Part shown: positions 43,680 through 52,932 of the stretch, piece after piece
Numbering within the stretch: the first letter of the stretch is position 1
Layout: each line of letters starts with the position of its first letter
Assembly (NCBI GenBank): GCA_964637725.1
Contig: CAZWXH010000001.1
Span: 1 to 52,932, forward strand
DNA length: 52,932 bases
Reading direction: 5' to 3'
Origin: an uncultured Coprobacillus sp.
GTDB lineage: Bacteria; Bacillota_I; Bacilli_A; Erysipelotrichales; Coprobacillaceae
Translations under genes and position numbers: made by a program
Notes under the pieces: model-generated
Seen by the model: the letters and a program-made list of their open reading frames with translations, nothing else
Database searches by the model: none
Told to the model about the DNA's origin: nothing

Positions 43680-45113
43680 TTATTGTACTCTTTCCTTTAA
43701 TAAGGCAATCAATATTTGACTAGTCATTGAAGGATTGGCTTGTCCACCAGTCTTTTTCATGATTTGTCCAACTAAGAATCCTACTGCTCTATCCTTACCA
43801 GCTGCATAATCTTGAATTGATTGTTCATTATTATCTAAGACTTCATTAATAATGATTTTCAATTCTTCTGGATTAGATATTTGTTTCATACCTTTTTCTT
43901 CAATAATGATTTCGGGATCTTTTCCTTCATTCATTAAACATTCAAAAACAATCTTTGCTTGCTTAGAAGAAATTGTTCCTTCTTGAATAAGATTAATCAT
44001 TTTTCCTAAATATAAAGGTGTTAATTGTGTCTCTGATAAAGATTTGTTTTCCTTATTTAAATAAGCTTGAACTTCTCCTAACAACCAGTTACATACAAGT
44101 TTATAATGTTCACATGTTGAAATAACGTCTTCATAGAAATCAGATATTTCTTTATTAGAAACCAAGATATGTGCATCGGTTTTTGGTAATTGGTGTTGTG
44201 TTATATAAATTGCTTCTCTTTCTTCAGCCATAACGGGAAGATTTTCTTTAATATCCAATACCCATTGATGATCAATACGAATTGGTAATATATTTGGTTC
44301 CGGATAATATTTATAATCAACTGCATCACCTTTATCACGCATCATCACAGTTTCTTTAGTTTCTTCATCAAATCGTCTTGTTTGTTGAAGTACTGCTGCT
44401 CCACTAATTAAGAGTTGTTCTTGTCTTTGAGCTTCAAATTCAACAGCTTTTTGGACATTAGAAATAGAATTTAAGTTTTTAATTTCTGTACGTGTGCCAT
44501 ACTTTTCACTGCCATAAGGACGAATTGAAATATTGACATCACAACGCATTGAACCTTCTTCCATTTTAGCGTCTGATACATCTGTATAAAGAAAAATTTG
44601 ACGTAATTTTTCTAAATAGGCAGCTGCTTGAGCCCCACTTCTAATGTTTGGCTTCGTAACGATTTCAATAAGTGGAATCCCCGCACGGTTATAGTCAATT
44701 AGTGAATAATCATCAAAATGGAATTGTTTTGCAGTATCTTCTTCCATATGTAGACGTTCTATTTCTACTCGTGTGATATTTCCATCTACCTCTATATCAA
44801 TATAACCATTTCTACCAATTGGTCTTCTATCTTGAGTGATTTGAAATCCTTTTGGTAAATCAGAATAGTAATAATTTTTACGATCAAAGCATAGTAGTTC
44901 ATCAATTTCCATATGTAATGCATGACAAACTCTAATTGCGTATTCTACTCCTCTTTTATTTAAAGAAGGCATCGTTCCACTCATTCCTAAATCAATTTCA
45001 TTAACCATCGTGTTAACGTCTTCGCCAAAAGTAACACGAGAGGCAGAAAACATCTTTGAATTGGTTTTTAATTCACAATGGACTTCTAATCCAATAACTT
45101 GTTCAAAATTCAT
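43680..45113 (-). CDS. gatB: Asp/Glu-tRNA amidotransferase subunit B
   Basis: MNFEQVIGLEVHCEL N-terminus. 477 aa. gatCAB order. Confidence 0.95.
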   Translation of the reverse strand: MNFEQVIGLEVHCELKTNSKMFSASRVTFGEDVNTMVNEIDLGMSGTMPSLNKRGVEYAIRVCHALHMEIDELLCFDRKNYYYSDLPKGFQITQDRRPIGRNGYIDIEVDGNITRVEIERLHMEEDTAKQFHFDDYSLIDYNRAGIPLIEIVTKPNIRSGAQAAAYLEKLRQIFLYTDVSDAKMEEGSMRCDVNISIRPYGSEKYGTRTEIKNLNSISNVQKAVEFEAQRQEQLLISGAAVLQQTRRFDEETKETVMMRDKGDAVDYKYYPEPNILPIRIDHQWVLDIKENLPVMAEEREAIYITQHQLPKTDAHILVSNKEISDFYEDVISTCEHYKLVCNWLLGEVQAYLNKENKSLSETQLTPLYLGKMINLIQEGTISSKQAKIVFECLMNEGKDPEIIIEEKGMKQISNPEELKIIINEVLDNNEQSIQDYAAGKDRAVGFLVGQIMKKTGGQANPSMTSQILIALLKERVQ

Positions 45114-45115
45114 CT

Positions 45116-46558
45116 CTACCCCTCCTTTGAATATTGATTCTTATATGTTAATGCATTTTCTAATGCATAAGCCACATTAAATACTGTTTGTTCTTCAAAT
45201 AAACGACCTGTTAAGTTAATTGCTATTGGCATCTTATCTACAAAACCAGATGGTAATGATAAACTTGGTGTTCCAGCAAAATTAGCTAAACAAAGATGAT
45301 TTTCTACGATTAAGTATTCATCACTGAATTGATTGTCGTTTGCTTCATCTATTAAAGGTGCTATACCTCCACAATTAGGTGTTAAGATAACATCATAATC
45401 ATTATAAATTTTATTTAATTCATCGACGATTAATCTTCTCACTCTTTGTGCTTTTCTAAACATTTTTTCTTGGTTTTGTGTTGCCAAAGCAAGATTTCCA
45501 AGAATAAAACGTCTTTTGATATGAGCCCCAAATCCATGAGTTCTTGAATTAATCATAACTTCATCAGTTGTACTTCCATCTTGACGATTTCCATAATTAA
45601 TACCATCTAAACAAGCATGATTACTTGTTGCCTCAGAATTTGCAATAATAGTATAAGTTGGAAGTAATGAACGCATTAATTCTATTGGCATAGTCACTTC
45701 TTCAACTGTTGCCCCTAATGATTTTAATGTCTCAACAACCACTTTGAAATTATCTAAAACAGCCGTGTTTTTAACTTCATCAACAACTGTTTTTAAAACT
45801 GCAATCTTAATATTTTTTATATCATCATTTAAGTCATTTAAATAATGAGGTACTGCATTTTGACTTGAAGTCATATCACGATCATCTCGTCCTGATAAAG
45901 CTTCAGTAACAATCGTCATATCTCTAACATTTCTAGTGAATGCACCTAATTGATCTAAACTTGAAGCATAAGGAATAACACCATAACGTGAAATACGTCC
46001 CCATGTCGGTTTAAACCCAACAACTCCACAATAACCTGCCGGTTTACGAATTGAGTCTCCAGTATCGCTTCCTAACGCAAATGGAACCACTCCACTTCCA
46101 ACTATTGCCGCACTTCCTCCAGAAGATCCTCCTGAAATACGTGTGACATCCCAAGGATTAGAAACTGGTCCTGTCACTGCTGACTTATTTGTTCCACCCA
46201 TAGCAAGTTCATCCATTGAAGCTTTCGCTACAAGACATGCTCCTTGTTGTTCTAACTTATCAACAACAAAAGCATTATAGATAGGAATATAATTCTCTAA
46301 CATACGACTAGAAGCTGTTGTTCTTATTCCTTTTGTATTATAGTTATCTTTTAATACATAAGGAATTCCACTTAATAAACTATCAAAAGTCGCACTTGAT
46401 AAATCTTGAAGTGCCTTTTCTTTAGTCATTGTAACCAAAGCATTTAATCTCTTTTGTTGAACATCAATTTCATTAAATAACTCTTCATAATAATCCTGAG
46501 CATTAAATGCTGATGAAGATAATAATTCATGAAGTTCTTCGATTGTATATTGAATCAT
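45116..46558 (-). CDS. gatA: Asp/Glu-tRNA amidotransferase subunit A
   Basis: Amidase signature GGSSGGSAA. 480 aa. Confidence 0.95.
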   Translation of the reverse strand: MIQYTIEELHELLSSSAFNAQDYYEELFNEIDVQQKRLNALVTMTKEKALQDLSSATFDSLLSGIPYVLKDNYNTKGIRTTASSRMLENYIPIYNAFVVDKLEQQGACLVAKASMDELAMGGTNKSAVTGPVSNPWDVTRISGGSSGGSAAIVGSGVVPFALGSDTGDSIRKPAGYCGVVGFKPTWGRISRYGVIPYASSLDQLGAFTRNVRDMTIVTEALSGRDDRDMTSSQNAVPHYLNDLNDDIKNIKIAVLKTVVDEVKNTAVLDNFKVVVETLKSLGATVEEVTMPIELMRSLLPTYTIIANSEATSNHACLDGINYGNRQDGSTTDEVMINSRTHGFGAHIKRRFILGNLALATQNQEKMFRKAQRVRRLIVDELNKIYNDYDVILTPNCGGIAPLIDEANDNQFSDEYLIVENHLCLANFAGTPSLSLPSGFVDKMPIAINLTGRLFEEQTVFNVAYALENALTYKNQYSKEG

Positions 46559-46849
46559 TTAACCCACCACCTTTGGTACTTTTACTTGATTATCTTGAAC
46601 ACTCTGAGCATTCTTTAAAGCATCTTCTCTATCAATCATATGAATCTCATCATCATCTCTTAAGAATGTTGTTTCAATAACGTAGGGATAAGCCAAAGGC
46701 TCTACACCCTCTGTATCAATAACTTCTAACGCTTGAACATGACTCATAAAGACTTCATATTCCTTAACCAATGCTTCCATTTCATCATCAGTAATATGAA
46801 ACATTGTTTTATAACCTAAATCTTTTAACATTTTTTCTGTATCGTTCAT
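46559..46849 (-). CDS. gatC: Asp/Glu-tRNA amidotransferase subunit C
   Basis: 96 aa, immediately upstream of gatA with abutting stop/start. Confidence 0.9.
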   Translation of the reverse strand: MNDTEKMLKDLGYKTMFHITDDEMEALVKEYEVFMSHVQALEVIDTEGVEPLAYPYVIETTFLRDDDEIHMIDREDALKNAQSVQDNQVKVPKVVG

Positions 46850-46858
46850 AAATTCCTC

Positions 46859-49974
<3,116 letters not shown>

Positions 49975-50040
49975 TTAAGCTATAAATAAAACACAAAAAA
50001 TAAAATTATTAGACTATCCAAAAACATGTTAAAAAAGATA

Positions 50041-50068
50041 AAAAGTCGAATCTATTGATTTGACTTTT
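50041..50068 (-). terminator. Terminator after pcrA
   Basis: Minus-strand AAAAGUCAAAUC-aaua-GAUUCGACUUUU followed by UAUCUUUUUU. Confidence 0.55.
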
Positions 50069-52217
50069 AACTTGATAATTTTCTTAAAGCTTTATGTTGC
50101 GCCATTAATGTCTTAATCCCATGAGGAACTGAAAAAGCAATATCTAAAGTATTTCCACTTACCTTAACAATCACACCTTTACCAAAGACATCATGTTCTA
50201 CAAAATCACCTTGTTTCCATATTTCAACTTCATTATCACCAATCATTTCTTCAACACTCACACCTAAATGAAGATATTCTTTTGCTTTGAACTTTGAAGG
50301 ATTTCCCACGTGTTCAACTCTATCTCTACCTATTTCATCAATAAAACGTGATGCCATTTTAGGTGAATTTGTAACAAAATTAAAGCCTTGGCTATCAGTC
50401 AAATATAAACATTTTTTCGCTCTTGTAAAAGCAACATAAGCCAGTCGTCTTTCTTCTTCTAAACCATCTTCTCCCGCTTCAGAAACACTTCTAAAACTAG
50501 GAAAAACATCTTCCGATAAACCAACAACAAAAACATAATTAAACTCTAATCCTTTAGCCATATGAATACTCATTAATGAAACATACTCATCATCAAAGAC
50601 ATCATCTTGTGATGTATATAAAGCAATATCTTGTAAATAACTTTCAAATGTGGCTGTTTCAGGATGTGTATTCATATAATTAGAAATAGAAGCTTTTAAT
50701 TCCATTAAGTTTTGTATACGATTATCATCTTGATCATTCTTTAACATTTCAAAGTAGCCAACATCAATCAATAACTTTTCAAAAATATCAGGTAAAGATA
50801 ATGATGATTGTCTTGCTTCTTCAATACATTTAACAAATTCAGTTAAATGCTTTTTTACTTTTGTTGATAAACCTATCTCATCTCCATATAAACATAATGC
50901 TTCATAATCAGTTAATCCATATGAAATCGCTTTGTTTTGAATTTTTTGTAAAGTCTTTTCACCAATCCCACGAGCTGGAACATTCACAATTCTTTCAAAA
51001 GATAAATCATCGTTAATAACCATTAATCGAATATAACTTAAAGCATCTTTAACTTCCTTACGATTAAAGAATTTCAAACCACCAAATATTTTATAATCTA
51101 TTTGTCTTTGAATGAGTTTTTGTTCAAAAGAACGTGATAAGTAATTGGCGCGATATAAAATCGCAAAATCATGATAATTCACACCTTCTACTTTCGATAT
51201 AATTTCTTCTATTTTATCACAAACAAAATTAGCTTCTGCTTCTTCATCCACTGCTGAATAATGAATAACTTTAGCTCCTTCACTATCTTCTGTAAATAAG
51301 TCTTTTTCCATACGATTCTTATTTTTTCTAATTAAATTATTAGAAATATCAAGAATAGTCTTTGTCGAACGATAGTTTTGATCGAGTATAACAGTTTTCA
51401 CATCAGGATAATCTTTATGAAAGTTCATTATAAAATTAACATCTGATCCTCTAAATGAATAAATCGTTTGATCTGGATCACCAACTACACATAATATAGA
51501 TTGTCCCGATAAATATCTTATTAATTTATAATCAATTTCCCCAACATCTTGGAATTCATCAACATGAATAAATTGAAATTGTTTTTGCCATCTTTCTAAT
51601 ATTTCTGGATATTTTTCAAATAGTTCAACTGTCTTTAATAATAAATCATCAAAATCTAACATAAAATGTTCTTCTTTATATTGTTCATAAACTTCATATG
51701 CTTTGGCTTTCTTTTGTTCTCCAATAAAATCTCCCGCAAAAGATTTTGCTCTTTTGGGTGATACCGAAGCCATCTTACAAGATGATATATAATTTATACA
51801 ACTTTTATAACTAATTGTCTTAGGATCAATTTCTAATTCTTTGAACTTTTTCTTTAATAAAGCTTTTTGATCTTCTTCATCCATAATGACAAAATTATTA
51901 GGATAATTCAATGCTCTAATGTTTTGTCTTAAAATACGGACACATAGTGAATGAATTGTACATAGTAACGAACCAGAAGCATATTCACCTAATAATGACA
52001 TAACTCTTTCTTTCATTTCATTTGCAGCTTTATTTGTAAAAGTAATAGCCAAAATATGACGAGGATCAACACCAGCATTTTCAATAAGATAAGCAATTCG
52101 ATAAGTTAAGACTCTCGTCTTACCACTCCCAGCACCCGCAATAATACGTAAGTGTGAATCTAGGTATGTCGCTGCCTCTTTTTGTCTAGGATTTAATAAT
52201 TCATCTAAGTTCATCAT
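50067..52217 (-). CDS. pcrA: ATP-dependent DNA helicase PcrA (UvrD family)
   Basis: AGAGSGKTRVLT Walker A. VDEFQD. Helicase motifs throughout. pcrA-ligA synteny. Confidence 0.95.
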   Translation of the reverse strand: MMNLDELLNPRQKEAATYLDSHLRIIAGAGSGKTRVLTYRIAYLIENAGVDPRHILAITFTNKAANEMKERVMSLLGEYASGSLLCTIHSLCVRILRQNIRALNYPNNFVIMDEEDQKALLKKKFKELEIDPKTISYKSCINYISSCKMASVSPKRAKSFAGDFIGEQKKAKAYEVYEQYKEEHFMLDFDDLLLKTVELFEKYPEILERWQKQFQFIHVDEFQDVGEIDYKLIRYLSGQSILCVVGDPDQTIYSFRGSDVNFIMNFHKDYPDVKTVILDQNYRSTKTILDISNNLIRKNKNRMEKDLFTEDSEGAKVIHYSAVDEEAEANFVCDKIEEIISKVEGVNYHDFAILYRANYLSRSFEQKLIQRQIDYKIFGGLKFFNRKEVKDALSYIRLMVINDDLSFERIVNVPARGIGEKTLQKIQNKAISYGLTDYEALCLYGDEIGLSTKVKKHLTEFVKCIEEARQSSLSLPDIFEKLLIDVGYFEMLKNDQDDNRIQNLMELKASISNYMNTHPETATFESYLQDIALYTSQDDVFDDEYVSLMSIHMAKGLEFNYVFVVGLSEDVFPSFRSVSEAGEDGLEEERRLAYVAFTRAKKCLYLTDSQGFNFVTNSPKMASRFIDEIGRDRVEHVGNPSKFKAKEYLHLGVSVEEMIGDNEVEIWKQGDFVEHDVFGKGVIVKVSGNTLDIAFSVPHGIKTLMAQHKALRKLSS

Positions 52218-52272
52218 ATCTCACCTCTCGTTTATCCATTATAGCATAGTTCGACTTTCATAGAAATAAAGA

Positions 52273-52296
52273 AAGTGATGAATTTCTTCATCACTT
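52273..52296 (-). terminator. Hairpin terminator overlapping the histidine phosphatase stop
   Basis: AAGTGATGAA-tttc-TTCATCACTT. Confidence 0.5.
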
Positions 52297-52872
52297 ATCT
52301 AAACTACTAAAATCATGATTATGAATTTCTACCAATCTAAAGACATGATTTTCATATTCAAATTTTAAGATACAACAATTATAAAATCTTTCTGTTTTTA
52401 AGACTTTGGCATATGCTTCCCAAGCACGATAAAATTGAGCACATGCTGCTCCATGAGAGACAGCTAAGACAACTTGATGATCATCTTGTTCCATAATTTG
52501 AGTGAGGGTATCAGAAACTCTTTGACGAACTTCATCCTCTCCTTCTCCTTGAAATGTTTTAAAGAAATCACCATAAGGAAGTGGTGGATTTAAATCTTCA
52601 CTTTCCCCTTCAAATAAACCAAAATTCCATTCTTTTAATCCTTTGATTCTTAAGTAAGGCATATCGGTAATTTGTTCTAAAGTATCACTAGCCCTTTCAC
52701 TTGTTGAACTATAGGCATGATCAAAGGTAATGTTATTATCATTAAAATATGTTTTATCAATACGTGCTTGACTGATCCCTAATTCTGTTAATGGTGCATC
52801 ACACCATCCTTGAATTTTTCTTCTCACATTAAATAATGTTTGTCCATGTCTCATTAAATATAAAGTTTTCAT
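52291..52872 (-). CDS. Histidine phosphatase family protein (phosphoglycerate mutase-like)
   Basis: LYLMRHGQT catalytic RHG motif and a downstream SHG motif. Confidence 0.85.
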   Translation of the reverse strand: MKTLYLMRHGQTLFNVRRKIQGWCDAPLTELGISQARIDKTYFNDNNITFDHAYSSTSERASDTLEQITDMPYLRIKGLKEWNFGLFEGESEDLNPPLPYGDFFKTFQGEGEDEVRQRVSDTLTQIMEQDDHQVVLAVSHGAACAQFYRAWEAYAKVLKTERFYNCCILKFEYENHVFRLVEIHNHDFSSLDK

Positions 52873-52932
52873 CTTTCTTCCTCCTCGTATAATATGTACG
52901 TAATCAGTTAGTGAAGTTTTATTAATTCACTC

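Overview
Low-GC Bacillota (Firmicutes) chromosomal window, coded mostly on the minus strand. All calls rest on motif recognition, gene order and reading the DNA by eye; no database search or computation was run. Exact taxon cannot be determined; Erysipelotrichales/Clostridia-like is only a guess.

Layout:
(1) 1 to ~9996: part of an integrated mobilizable element with visibly higher G+C. It carries a large serine recombinase, an HTH + KilA-N pair, a STAND/NB-ARC-TPR NTPase, MobC + relaxase with an oriT-like non-coding region, and a low-GC cargo island (dfrF-like DHFR, VOC/glyoxalase, GNAT). Its visible end lies in the 3' end of a TRAM-less rumA/rlmCD-like rRNA methyltransferase gene, which therefore reads into a 94-residue element-encoded tail. 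The other end of the element is outside the window.
(2) 11.27-11.41 kb: a c-di-GMP-I (GEMM-I)-like riboswitch with its own extended -10 promoter and intrinsic terminator, but no ORF behind it.
(3) 11.4-18.5 kb: MATE efflux, pseudouridine synthase, small ParB-like protein, RpiR-like regulator, purC, and an ABC importer behind a T-box leader with a probable Trp (UGG) specifier.
(4) 18.6-29.4 kb: a complete 12-gene type IV pilus locus (pilA, pilD, pilC, pilM, pilN, pilO, three minor pilins, pilB, pilT, a second pilin). One minor pilin is 486 aa and carries CBM5/12-like repeats.
(5) 29.6-41 kb: three c-di-GMP turnover proteins (one GGDEF*-GGDEF*-EAL, two intact GGDEF) interspersed with housekeeping genes.
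(6) 41-52.9 kb: arsC, TRAM-containing rlmCD, gatCAB, camS, ligA, pcrA, a histidine phosphatase.

No rRNA, tRNA or CRISPR array was seen. The leads I rate highest are the orphan c-di-GMP riboswitch, the element-borne STAND NTPase, and the c-di-GMP-linked pilus locus with a lectin-like minor pilin.
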